From assembly GCA_963809395.1 (NCBI GenBank), contig CAWEJM010000029.1, positions 425 through 64,424 of the forward strand: 64,000 nucleotides of DNA, written 5' to 3'. This document shows positions 24,859-36,930 of the stretch, one piece after another. Each line of letters begins with the position of its first letter. Position 1 is the first letter of the stretch. Both the position numbers and the translations under genes were made by a program. The notes under the pieces are model-generated. The model had not been told where the DNA came from, ran no database searches, and was given only the letters and a program-made list of their open reading frames with translations. This stretch comes from an uncultured Actinomycetes bacterium. GTDB taxonomy: Bacteria > Actinomycetota > Thermoleophilia > RBG-16-64-13.

Positions 24859-25717
24859 ATGACCGCACGACATGTCACCGAGCACGTCCCCATCGTGATC
24901 CACGCCGACCACGCCCTGGCGCGCCGTCTGGAGGACCTCATCTGCGTAGAGTTCCGGCGCCTGGCGGAAGTCGCCCGCATCGCCTTCCCCGATGTGCCCG
25001 CCGAGTACATCGACGTTGCCGACGGTGTCGCCCTGTGGCTGGGCGAGGGCTCGCCGGTGAACGTGGCCGCTGGTCTGGGCATGCGCGGGCCCGTGGTCTG
25101 AGACCGAGTTTGAGCGTCTGGAAACCTTCTATCACGAGCGGGGAGCCCCGGCGCTCGCCAGCGTGTGTCCGTTGGCCGATCACTCGCTGCTCTCTGCCCT
25201 GGGGCGGCGGGGGTGGCGGGCGTCTGAGTTCGAGCATCTCTTGGTCCGCGGGCTTGGCGAGCGGCCGGCGCTCGCTCGGACGACCGAACTGGAGGTACGC
25301 GTCTGCATGCCGGAAGAGCGGGAGGCGTGGGCGCGCACCGCCGCACGCGGTTTCTCCGAGGGGGCGCCACCCGAGCGGAGGCACGAGGAGTTCGGTAGGA
25401 TAATGGCCGAGCGTGAGGAAGCCATCCTAGTGTTGGCCTGGGCGGACGGAGAGCCTGCCGGGACCGGAAGCCTGGTGATCGACGGCGGGGTGGGCTGGCT
25501 GTCGGGGGATTCGACGCTGCCTGAATACCGGGGGCGCGGCATCCAGCAGGCCGTTCAGGCCCACCGGCTACGGCTGGCGTACGACGCCGGCTGCGATCTG
25601 GCGGTCACCGAGGCGACGCCTGGAGGCGTCTCGCAAAGGAACATGGAGCGGCTTGGGTTTCACGTCGCGTACACGCACGTGGAGTTGGTAAAGGGCTCGG
25701 CGGCCTGGCCGACCTAG
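24859..25717 (+). CDS. GNAT family acetyltransferase (frameshift near 25098)
   Basis: SPVNVAAGLG; STLPEYRGRGIQ; SQRNMERLGF. Confidence 0.8.
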
Positions 25718-25770
25718 GCTGAGGTCTCGGGGAGCGTGGGCCAACGTGCGCCTTCTCCTGGCCGGTCTGC

Positions 25771-26226
25771 TTAGATCAAGCACTTCGAGCAGACTCTGCT
25801 CGATCACGTCCGGCGACGGCGGGCAGCCGGGGATGCGCAGATCCACCGGCAACACCTCCTCGAAGGGCGGACCGGCCAGCTCGCTGGAATCCCCAGCACT
25901 CGACACCCGAAGGCGCAGTCGCCGAACGCGACCACCAGCCGCGGTTCGGGCATGGCGGCATAGGCCGCGCGCAGCGGCCCCACCATCCGGGTGGTGATCG
26001 CGCCGGTCACCAGCAGGACGTCGGCGTGCCGGGGCGAGGCGGCCACGCTGAGGCCGTGGCGCCCCAGGTCGTAGTGCGGACCGAACCCGGCGGCCAGCTC
26101 GTGCTCGCAGCCGTTGCACGAGCCGGCGTCGACGTGCCGCACGGCCAGCGAACCCGGGCGCTCGGGGCGAAGGCAAGCGCTATCTGGCGGCGAAGTCCTG
26201 CGCAGTTCGTTCAGTAGGACGAACAC
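25771..26226 (-). CDS. HyfI/HycG/NuoB-like Fe-S small subunit; 3' end approximate
   Basis: RHVDAGSCNGCE, SPRHADVLLVTG, FGDCA, IPGCPP. Confidence 0.92.
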
Positions 26227-26236
26227 GAGCAGCCTC

Positions 26237-27724
26237 CTAGCGGTCGCAGCAGGAGTAGCAGAGCTCGAAGCTCTTGTTGATCAGCGGGGAAGTCGGGCAG
26301 AAGGCTGCCGGCCGCCGCCCGGGCCACGGCGGGCCAGTTGGCGAACGAAGCCGGTGCGCAGGTGAAGTCGCGAGATGCGGCCGTCGTCGGCTTCGAGAAT
26401 GCAGACGGTCTCGCCGCGCGGGCTCTCCGACGCTGGCCACCCCCACAGCTCTCGATGCGGTCCCGGACGCGGTTCCGGCCGGCTCGACGCCCTCGCTCGA
26501 GCAGCTCGTCGAGCAGACCCAGCGTGACCTCCACCTCCAGGGCGCGCACGTTCACCCGGCTGGCGACGTCACCCGACGCCGAGTGCGGCACCGCCGGCGA
26601 GAAGCCCGGGTAGGCCAGGCGGGGGCTTTCGATCCGCGCATCGCACGGCGACGCCCGCCGCGCGGGCCGCCGGGCCCACAATCCCCAAACGCCGCACGTC
26701 ATCCAGGGAGAGGACGCCGACGTCGACGAGGCGGTCCTGGACCGAGGCGTTGAAGAGCACCTCGTGCCAGGCCTTCCGGGCGTCGTCTCGCCAAGGCGCG
26801 CAGCTCGCGCCGGGCCTCGGCGGCAGCGTCCCGGCCCACCTGCCAGCGTGCTGCCCCCCACCGCGATGGTGTCGAAGAGGAAGCGGTGCCCGGTCAGACT
26901 CCGGTTGAGCCGATGGGCCCGCTCTTTGAGGGCGGCGAAGGCCATGCTGCCCGGGGCGAAGCCGACGCCGGCGCAGATGGCGCCGATGTCGTTGCAGGTG
27001 GTTGTACAGGCGCTCCAGTTCGAGCAGCAGCGTGCGGGCCCGCGCCAGTTCGGGTTCGGGCCACAGGCCCAGCAGCGACTCGGCGGCGTGGGCGTAGGCC
27101 ACGGCGTTGCTGACGGCGCAGGCGGCGCAGGCGCGCTGGGCGTAGGCAAGACCCTCCTCGAGGGTCCGGCCCTCGGCGGCCCGCTCCAGGCCCCGGTGCT
27201 TGTAGAACAGGCGCAGGTCGACGTGGAGGATGCTTTCCCCCACCACGTGGAAGCGGAAGTGGCCCGATTCGATGATCCCGGCGTGGATGGGGCCGACCGC
27301 CACCTGGTAGGCGTCGTGGCCCGGATACGGGCACCGTCCAGGCAGCGAGCTCGGCGGGGTGCGCGAGCAGCGGCCGCAGCGGAGCGTGGCCGGAGAAGCG
27401 CAGGCCGTAGACGTCGTGGGCTTCGCGCTCGTCCCAGCCGGCGGCGGGCGCCAGATCGACGATGCTGGGCGCCTCGCCGGCCGGGGCGTCGGCCACGAGC
27501 AACGTGGAGGCCATCGGGGCTCAGCGAACAGCGCGCGCACGCCGGCGGCCCTCGCCGCATCGGCCGCGCTGCCCGCGACGCCGCCGGTCCGCGGCGTACA
27601 GGGCGAGGAAGCGGCCGCCGTCGGCCAGGACAGCGGCGCAGCGTTCGCGCCACTCGGCGAGGGCACGTCCAGTCGGACGCAGCAGGCTGCGTCGGGCTTC
27701 ACGGTACGTCTTCCCGCCGGTCAC
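26237..27724 (-). CDS. HyfG/HycE-like large subunit (NuoC-NuoD fusion), frameshifted
   Basis: WDEREAHD, VGPIHAGIIESGHFRF, LFYKHRG, RACAAC, LELERLYNH, C-terminal DFPLINKSFELCYSCCDR-stop. Confidence 0.92.
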
Positions 27725-29213
27725 GGCAGAACTCCGGCCAAGAGTGTGCACAGAGCCGAGCCGGGCAGCACCAGGGCCAGCGCGGCGAGCGCGACCAGCA
27801 GGACGACGGCGGCGACGCTGAGTGACGTTGACCCCTCGCCCGTCCGGCCAGCCGTCGCGGCGCGGCCGGCGACCCGGACCGAGCAGATCCTGCACCAGCA
27901 CGTGAGCCAGGCCGAGGAAGCCCAGCGCCAGCAGCAGCGCGGCGACCGCGGCGCTCAGCGGGTGGCCCGAGGCGAACCCGCCCATGATGATCAGCACCTC
28001 GCTGAAGAACAGCGGCGACGGCGGCAGGCCGCTGAGCGACCCCAGGCTCAGGCTCATGCCGGCCGCCAGTGCCGGATTCTCACCGCAGGAGGCCCCGCAC
28101 CGGATGCCGCCGCGCCGACGGGCGCAGGTCGAACAGCGGGATGGCCGCGTAGAAGCCGAGGGACTTGGCCACCGCGTGCCCGGCCAGGTGCAGCACGACG
28201 CCGGCGATGGCCAGCGGGCCGCCGAACCCGATGCCCAGGGCGAGCACGCCCATGTGCTCCAGGCTCGAGTAGGCCAGCAGTCGCTTCCAGGCCAGGGGCC
28301 GCCACAGGAACGGCACCGCCACCGCCAGGGACAGCGAGGCCGAAGGCGATGAAGACGTCGCGCCCGATGTCGCGCCCGACCGCCGGCGCCAGCGCCCGCT
28401 GCGGTCCGCCAGGCGACCAGCATCACGGTCGGCAGCAGCGCCGCCGAGAGCAGGGCCGAGACCGGCGGCGGCGCCTCGCTGTGTGCGTCGGGCAGCCAGT
28501 TGTGCACCGGAGCCCAGCCGACCTTGGTGGCCAGACCGCAGAAGAGCAGCAGGAAGCCGACCACGGCGGCCGGCCGGGACATGGCGGGAGCCGCGGCCGG
28601 CAAGCCCGGCCAGGAGAGCCCGCCCAGACCCGCGCTGCGCTCGGGCAGGGCCGCGTAGAGCACGACGATGCCGAGCAGCGCCACGGTCAGACCGACCGTG
28701 GTGAGCATCAGGTACTTCCACCCGGCTTCGAGGGCCCGGCGCCGGCCGTTGTAGGCGACGAGCAGGGCCGAGACGCCGGTGGTGGCCTCGATGATGACCC
28801 AGGCGACGCCCAGGTTGCCGGCGAGCGGGATGGCGAGCAGCGCCGCCCAGAAGAGGTAGAAGCAGAGGTAGTACCAGGCTCGGGCGCGCCCCGGGCGGAA
28901 GAAGCTGCGGTGGCTGGTGCGCAGATAGGCCGGCGACACCAGGGCGCTGCACAGGCCCACCAGGGCGATGACGGCAAGGAACGGCGCGGCCGAGCGCGTC
29001 GAGCGCGAGCCAGTTGCTGTCCGCCGGCCGTGGCCTCACGCCGGCGAGCGGCCAGGGCGGCCGCCCCGAAGCCACCGCCGCCGTCAGCACCGCCGACGAC
29101 CCGGTTGACCCAGTCCTGGCTGCGCGGCGAGCGGCGCGAGCTGGATCAGCAGCTCCGCCCACCAGCGGCACGGCGGGCACGGCGAAGGCGACTATGGTGG
29201 CCGACTCAGTCAC
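27721..29213 (-). CDS. HyfF-like antiporter-type membrane subunit
   Basis: WVIIEATT, LEAGWKY, HNWLPDAHSEAP, KRLLAYSSLEHMG. Confidence 0.9.
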
Positions 29214-29829
29214 GCAGGTCCCGCAGAACCGCGGTGTCCCCGGTGCCGAACTCGCCGAAGATGCGCTCGTGGAAGGCCGTGGCCACGGTGATCACCACGA
29301 TGAGATCGAAGGCCACGCCGAGCTCGATCAGCAGGGGCAGCCCGCCGGGGACCGAGACGGCGGCCAGCGCGATGCCGTTCTCCGCCACGAGCAGACCCAG
29401 CAGGTGGAAGATGGTCGGCCGCCGGGCGACGATGGTGGCGACGCCGATGGCCAGCAGGCCCGACGCTCGCCTGCTCGGCCGCCCGGAGTCGCGAGGCCGA
29501 AGGACGGGGCCAGAACGAGCACCACGAACACCGCCACCACGACCAGGCCCAGCCGCAGACAGCGGCTTCATCCGCGAGCCGCAGCGGGCGCGGCTCCCGG
29601 GTGCGTCTGACGCTGAAGGCCAGCAGCACGCAGAGGGGCAGGGCGCGGGCGAGCAGGACCAGGCTGGCGATCAGGAACTCCGTCGAACGTCCCGGCGCGA
29701 GGCTGAGCGCGTACACTCCCAGCAGCAGCGCCTGGAGGGCGACCAAGCGCGATGGCGGTCGTCCGCCGGCGGGTGATCACGACCAGCAGCCCCAGCGCCA
29801 CCATCCCCCAGCCGAGCGCCATCGGTCAC
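29206..29829 (-). CDS. HyfE-like membrane subunit
   Basis: LQALLL, LLVAENGI, PLLIELGVAFD, DT..LRDLRD. Confidence 0.85.
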
Positions 29830-30791
29830 AGCCGGCCTCCGATGAACCAGCGTGACCAGCCCGAGGAGGCAGAGACCGGCTGCCGACGGCCAGCAGCCGC
29901 GGCACCCGCAGCAGGCGCATCTTCGCCAGCCACGACTCCACCACGGCCAGCACGACGCACAGCACCGGCAGGCCGACGGCCAAGACAGCCAGCCTGCCCA
30001 GCGAAGCCGGCCGGATGGGGCGCGAACAGTTCGACCGCCAGGACCAGCATGACCCAGTGCCGGGCCGCCGCGGCCCATTGCAGGTAGGCCAGGTCCCGCC
30101 CGGCGTACTCGAGCAGCGGGCCTTCGTGGATCATGGTGAGTTCGAGGTGGGTGTCGGGATTGTCCACGGGCTGCCGGCCGGTCTCGGCGAGGACCACCAG
30201 GGCGAAGGCGACCGCCGCCAGCCAGTGCGCCGGCAGGCTCCAGACGGCCGCGCCGGCGCCGGCGTCGCTCAGCGACGCGCAGGTCGGTGCTGCCCGAGCG
30301 GCAGCGCGGCCAGCATCAAGACCAGCAAGCAGCAGACCTTCCACCGACGACGCCCAGCGTGAGGTCACGGCTCGCGCCCATGAGCGAGAAGCCGCTCCCC
30401 GTGTCCCAGGAGGCCACGGCCAGGGCGAAGCGCGCCAGAGCCAGCAGCCCGACCAGCAGCAGCGCGTCGTGTGCCCACCGGCCAGGCCGGGCGAGCTGCC
30501 CGGCCACGGGCACGAGCAGCAGCGCCAGCGCCAGGCAGGCGACCACCACCGGCGGCGCCAGCCGGTAGAGCGATCGTGGTGCCCTCGGGAGTCGACCATG
30601 CTGCGCGACCAGAGGCGGCGGAGCTCCCGGTAGGGCTGCAGCGGCGACGGCCCGCGGCGGCCCTGCAGCCGCCCCTTGAAGTGCTGCACCAGGCCGGGCA
30701 GCAGCGGCGCCAGGACGATGCCCCCGACCACCTGCACGGCGCCGGCGACCAGGTCGGAGCCGTCATGTGCGCCGCTGGCGTCCAGGCTCAT
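29826..30791 (-). CDS. HyfC/HycD/NuoH-like membrane subunit
   Basis: QGRRGPSPLQPYREL, ETGRQPVDNPDTHLELTMIHE..LEYAG. Confidence 0.92.
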   Translation of the reverse strand: MSLDASGAHDGSDLVAGAVQVVGGIVLAPLLPGLVQHFKGRLQGRRGPSPLQPYRELRRLWSRSMVDSRGHHDRSTGWRRRWWSPAWRWRCCSCPWPGSSPGLAGGHTTRCCWSGCWLWRASPWPWPPGTRGAASRSWARAVTSRWASSVEGLLLAGLDAGRAAARAAPTCASLSDAGAGAAVWSLPAHWLAAVAFALVVLAETGRQPVDNPDTHLELTMIHEGPLLEYAGRDLAYLQWAAAARHWVMLVLAVELFAPHPAGFAGQAGCLGRRPAGAVRRAGRGGVVAGEDAPAAGAAAAGRRQPVSASSGWSRWFIGGRL

Positions 30792-32846
30792 CGCACGCCC
30801 CACAGCCACGCCAGCGCCAGCACGACGATGACCAGCGCCAGCAGATAGGCCATGTAGACGCGCAGGCTGCCCGACTGCAGCCGTCGGGCGAAGGCCGCGA
30901 CGGCCAAGAGCCCAGCGCACCACCGGCCGGTAGAGCAACGTGTCGAAGAGGTGCGGCACCGATCCCGCGGTAGGTGAGCCGCTGCAGCACCCCGTCCGTC
31001 TCCGTCGACGCTCGACCGCGCGCTCGGCCGCAGGACGGCCTCCAGCACCAGCCGCAGCGGCTTGGTGAACCCGGCCGAGGTCCAGCAGCAGCGCCGGCTC
31101 GACCCGCTGCCCGCAGGCCCAGACCGGAGCCGCGGCCGCGCGGCGCCGGCCCCGCGCAGCGCCAGCACGGCGACGAGCACCGACCAGGAGCAGACCCAGC
31201 CCGAGCGTGGGCAACCCGCCGGTGCCGGGAAGCGCCACGCCCAGCCGTTCCACGGCAGGATCGCGGCGTCGACCGGCGCCGGCGAAGAGGTCGGCCGCCG
31301 CCTCGCCGCTGGGGCGCCAGACGGGCCAGAGCGAGGGCAGCAGGAGGCCGGGGAGCAGGCCCAGCACCACGCAGAAGCCCGGCCAGCGTCGGTCGTCGCG
31401 GCGATCATCGGCCCGGGCACCTCGCGCGCGTTCGCGCAGGCCGGGCGGCGGGGCGGCCCGAGCAGCACCAGACCCGACCACCTTGGCGAAGCAGAGCACG
31501 GCCAGGGCGGCGGTCATGGCCAGCCCGGCCGTCGCCAGCGCGCCCACGAGCGCCGGCCCGAAGCGAGGCGCCCGAGCCGCCGCGCCCCGGCCGCGCCGCC
31601 GGCCGGCGCCGGTGACCACGTGCACCAGCGCCTGCAGCGTCAGCCACTCGGAGACGAAGCCGTTCAGCGGCGGCAGACCGGCGATGGCCATGGATCCGAC
31701 CAGGAAGGCCCCGCCCGTCCAGGGCATGCGCCGCAGCAGTCCGCCGAGACGGTCGAGCTCCAGCCCGTGCACCGCCCGGTCGATCGACCCGGCGCCGAGG
31801 AACAGCAGGCCCTTGAACACGGCGTGGTTGAGCACGTGCAGCAGGGCGGCGGCGAACGCCAGCGCCGCCCAGGCCGGCTGACCCTGGCTCTGGAAGAGGA
31901 GCGAGGCGCCCAAGCCCGAGGACGATGATGCCGACGTTCTCGATGGAGTGAAAGGCCAGCAGCCGCTTGAGTTCGTGCTGGAAGAGCGCGTAGACGACGC
32001 CGCCCAGGGAGGAGAGCGTGCCCAGAGCACAGGAGCAGCAGGGCCAGCCACGTCGGCGCGACGCCCAGCCACTCGAACAGCACCCGGATGAGCCCGTAGA
32101 GCGCCACCTTGATCATCACCCCCGACATCAGGGCCGACACGTGGCTGGGCGCCAGCGGATGGGCCCGGGGAAGCCAGGAGTGAAAGGGCATGATGCCCGC
32201 CTTGGTGCCGAAGCCGACCATGGCCGCCAGCGCGATCACGGCCTGGAGGGCCGCGCCGGCCGCTCAGGAGCGCGGCCGGATCGCCGAGGGCGCCCAGGCT
32301 CGCCAAGCAGCAGCAGCGAGACCCACACCCCGACTCCGCCCAAGGTGGGTGATGGCGAGGTACTCGAACACCGAGCGGCGGGCTCGAGCGTCCTGGCGGG
32401 CAACCAGGATGGTCCCGGCGGGCAGCAGCGTCATGAGTTCCCAGAAGGTCAGGAACGCGAGCGCGGTGCGCGCCGTGAGCACGCCGATCAGCGCCAGCAG
32501 GAACGCCGGCGGTCAGCGTGCCCACCGAGCGGGCGCCCCGCGTACCGGGGAGGTACGCCGGCCGCGAAGACCAGCGCCGGCACCCCGCGACACGGCAAGG
32601 GCGACCAGGAAGAACCCGGTCAGCGGGTCGACCCCGAAGGTCAACCCCGTGTCCACCGGCGAAGGCCGACCCCGCCGTGCGACCTGCCGAGCAGCGGCCA
32701 GCAGCGCCGCCGGCGCCGACCGAGGCAAGACCCACGGCCTGCAGCGCCAGGCCCCAGACGGAGCACCTCCGCGCAGCGCGCAGAGCAGTCCCCCCGCCGC
32801 GACCACCGATGGCCCCGGCGAGCGCAAGCAGGGCGACCAGACTCAC
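30788..32846 (-). CDS. HyfB/HycC-like antiporter-type membrane subunit, heavily frameshifted
   Basis: FWELMT, HSWLPRAHP.APSHVSALMSG, NHAVFKGLLF, GLPPLNGFVSEW, WACG. Confidence 0.9.
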
Positions 32847-33219
32847 GCTGGCTTCGGGCGCCTTCCGGTCGGAGGCGGCACGAGGCTCGGGCACGGAGAG
32901 TTCCTCGAGCAAGGCCTTGGTCTCGGCCAGGCTCGACGAGATGATCTGTCGAGCGATCTCCAGCAGCTCGAACATCCGCGGATCCCGCACCGAGTAGCGG
33001 ACGCTGGTGCCCTCCTTGCGGCCCTCGACGATGCCTCGCTGCCGCAGCGCGGCCAGATGCTGCGACGTACCGCTCGAGTCGAGATCGAGAGCCGCCTGCA
33101 GTTCGCCCACCGTCTTGTCGCCGTCGCGCAGCAGCTCGAGGATGCGCACCCGGGCCGGATGGCCCAAGCACTCGGAAGAAGTCGGCTTTGATCGCATGTA
33201 TGGGCAGCTGGCTATTCAA
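32843..33219 (-). CDS. ArsR/SmtB family regulator, Rv0081-like
   Basis: IKADFFRVLGHPARVRILELL, SQHLAALRQRGIV; first gene of the hyf-like operon with a GTGA overlap to hyfB. Confidence 0.9.
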
Positions 33220-33237
33220 GAAGAACGTTCCTGGCTT

Positions 33238-33280
33238 TCTTAAGGTCTTAAGGTCTTATAATCTTAAGGAGTTATAAGGA
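33238..33280. promoter_or_regulatory. Probable operator/promoter of the arsR-hyf operon
   Basis: tcttaagg-tcttaagg-tcttataa-tcttaagg-agttataa-gg; contains inverted repeat cttataa-N10-ttataag about 20-60 bp upstream of the ArsR start. Confidence 0.7.
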
Positions 33281-33375
33281 TAACCGCTCCCGCCATGGGG
33301 CGCAAGCCCTTATTGTTCGTCGGTACTTCCGGCCAGAAGCTAGACCAGGTCGGACTACGTGTCTATGATAGGCAG

Positions 33376-34484
33376 ATGCCCACGCAACCCAAGGATCCGG
33401 CTCAAACTAGCACCTGGCCTCCGGTGGCGAGGACGGTCTTCATGCTGGCAGTCTTGATCGGACTCGCGCTCGGCCTCCGGGCCGTCCGCGGCGTGGCCGC
33501 ACCGATCTTGCTGGGGCTGGTGGTGGTCATCGGGGCCAGTCCTCTCATAGGGATCATGACCAAGAGACGAGTACCGCCCGTGCTTGCGTACATCATTTCC
33601 CTTCTTGTGATCCTGGTCCTGATCATTGCCTTGCTGTTCCTCATGTCGTTCACGGTCTTCCAGACGCGGGATCTTCTGCCCGAACTCCAAGACCAGTTGA
33701 CGGCTTTGCAGCAGGACGCTGCGCATGCTCTCGCCGGCTGGGGGATCGACATCTCGGGCGTGGTGGAAGAACAGGTCTTGAATCCGCAAAACATAGTCGG
33801 TTGGATATCGGCCGCACTGGCTGCCCTCTACGGCGCCCTGAAGAGCATGAGCCTCATAGTCTTCATCATCGCCTACCTGCTCGTGGAGGTATCGGGCTTT
33901 GGCAAACGGTTCTACGCGGCTCTGGGAGAGGATCGCCCGGCACTGCAGAGATGGCTGATGTGGACCCACGACACTCGCAGCTACTTGGGGATCACTACGG
34001 TCCTCGCCGCGGCCATGGCGGTCTTGAACTTCGTACTGTCTGTGGGCCCTCGGTGTGCCCTACCCCTTCACGTGGGCGTTTCTCTCCTTCGTGATGAGCT
34101 ATGTACCGAACTTGGGGTTTCTCATCGCTCTGCTGCCTCCCGTGACCCTGGCTATTCTCCAAAGAAGCTGGGGCATGGCTGTTGGAGTGTTGGTCGGATA
34201 TCTCAGTGATCAACTTCGTGTCCGACAACATCGTCAAGCCCAGATTCCTGAAGTCGGGCATGGACCTGCCCGCGGCGGCATCGTTCCTGTCCGTGTTGAT
34301 CTGGGGTTTCGTGCTTGGACCGATCGGAGCGCTTATCGCCGTGCCGATGACCATGATGGTCCGGACCATATTCCTTGAAGCCTCGCCCGAGACCGAGCCG
34401 CTCGCCCATCTGCTGCGATCGGGCGGCGACACCGCGCGAACGAGAAAGCGGACATGGTCGTGGTTGAGAAGAAAGACAGAGTAA
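33376..34484 (+). CDS. AI-2E (PerM/UPF0118) family transporter, frameshifted
   Basis: YVPNLG, DNIVKPRF, WGFVLGPIGALIAVPMT. Confidence 0.9.
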
Positions 34485-34654
34485 GAGAGATCGAAGAGAG
34501 GATCGCCGAGCTGAAGAGGCGATGGCCGGCTCACTCCGTCCCGCCGCGCATGTGGCAGGAGCTGGAAGAACTGGAAGACGAGCTCGAAGAGGCCGAAAGG
34601 ACCGGCGCCGAGGAGAGCCATGCCAGGGAAGACGGCCCTAGTCGACTACAATAA
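34454..34654 (+). CDS. Small helical-hairpin hypothetical protein
   Basis: IEERIAELKRRWPAHSVPPRMWQELEELEDELE; overlaps both neighbours. Confidence 0.65.
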   Translation: MVVVEKKDRVREIEERIAELKRRWPAHSVPPRMWQELEELEDELEEAERTGAEESHAREDGPSRLQ

Positions 34655-34833
34655 GTGCCATCCCGAGGAATGCGACCGCGGCATCTGTGTGGCCGCCTCT
34701 GGCGTGCACCCGCAAGGTGCTGACGCAGGAGGCTCCCTACGAGACGCCTATGACAGACCCCTCTCCCTGCAAGGGGTGCGGCGACTGCGTGCGCGCCTGT
34801 CCTCTGAAGGCGATCGAGATCATGGGCAGGTAG
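34620..34833 (+). CDS. Small 2x[4Fe-4S] ferredoxin-like protein (one frameshift)
   Basis: VDYNKCHPEECDRGIC....CTRK then CKGCGDCVRACPLKAI, stop at 34833. Confidence 0.85.
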
Positions 34834-34894
34834 GGGAGGGAGCCGAAAACGCGAGCGCCACCCGACAGCCGCGAGCCCCCGGTCGAGGCCGCGG

Positions 34895-35393
34895 TCACAC
34901 CAACAGTCGCAGCTTCGGCCCGCTGAACTCGAACCCCAGCTTCTCGTAGAAGCGGACCGCGCGCTCGCCGCGCTCGTCCTCGGGGCCGGTGACGTCCAGG
35001 CGGAACCATCTCTTCTCGCCGGGCGATGGCCACGGCGGCGTCGACCAACTGCCGGCCCACGCCCCGGCACCGGTATTCCGGCCGCACGTACATCTCGTCG
35101 ATCACGCCGTACTCTCCCCCGGCGTACAGGGCGAAGCTCGTCGAAAGGGTCAGGACTCCGATCACGGCGCCGCTCTCCTCCTTGGCCAGGAGAGCCAGAA
35201 ATCGTCCGGAGCCATGCCCGGAATCCGGGCCCGAGTCCGGCCTCACGGCCATGTTCCTCCGAATATCGGCGTGGAGCTTCTCTCGATCGATCCCGGCAAA
35301 TTCTTGTCCCTCTTCGCCCAATTCGGCGAGCAACTCCTCGATCAGCGCCAGCACGGTGCCGATTTCGCGCTCCTGAGCGATCTCGATCTTCAT
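34895..35393 (-). CDS. GNAT family acetyltransferase
   Basis: IDEMYVRPEYRCRGVG; FYEKLGF..SGPKL after a frameshift. Confidence 0.85.
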
Positions 35394-35418
35394 GGAGGGT
35401 CGGCGTCATGCTAGCAGA

Positions 35419-35438
35419 GGGGCGCCCGAAGGCGCCCC
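35419..35438 (-). terminator. Hairpin downstream of helicase
   Basis: ggggcgcc-ttcg-ggcgcccc on the minus strand: 8-bp stem with UUCG loop, weak U tail. Confidence 0.55.
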
Positions 35439-35498
35439 AAGGGTGCGTATCATGCTGGTGACGGCGCTCTTGGTTCGGGCGCCGCGATGTCTGGCTCC

Positions 35499-36705
<1,207 letters not shown>

Positions 36706-36930
36706 GAAGCTCCTTGCCGTGCGCCTCTCATAGGATCGCACTGCGATTGTAGACGCAGTTGATCCGATCGAGGTCTTGGGAAAGAGCGCGGAGGACAACC
36801 GTGTCTGGTTTAGTTGCGCCATTATACCGCATTCGCAGCCCGGCCGTCCTCAGGTAAACTGTGGAGGGGCGTTTGGGGCCCGCTCCCGCTGTCCGCCCAG
36901 TTGTTGACCCCAAGACGAGGAGGATGAACG

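Noticed and set aside
27359-29776. 805 aa plus-strand ORF (and similar long antisense ORFs at 41451-43337 and 50662-52302)
   Set aside because: Shadow ORFs opposite recognisable genes in GC-rich DNA; Arg/Ala/Pro-rich with no motifs.
29826-33197. Apparent 1123 aa ArsR-HyfB-HyfC fusion
   Set aside because: Produced by frameshifts; GTGA/ATGA stop-start overlaps at 32843-32846 and 30788-30791 mark separate genes.
25771-33219. Complex I (nuo) or formate hydrogenlyase
   Set aside because: Lacks NuoA/E/F/G/I/J equivalents and any fdh gene; layout is hyfBCEFGI/Ehr-type.
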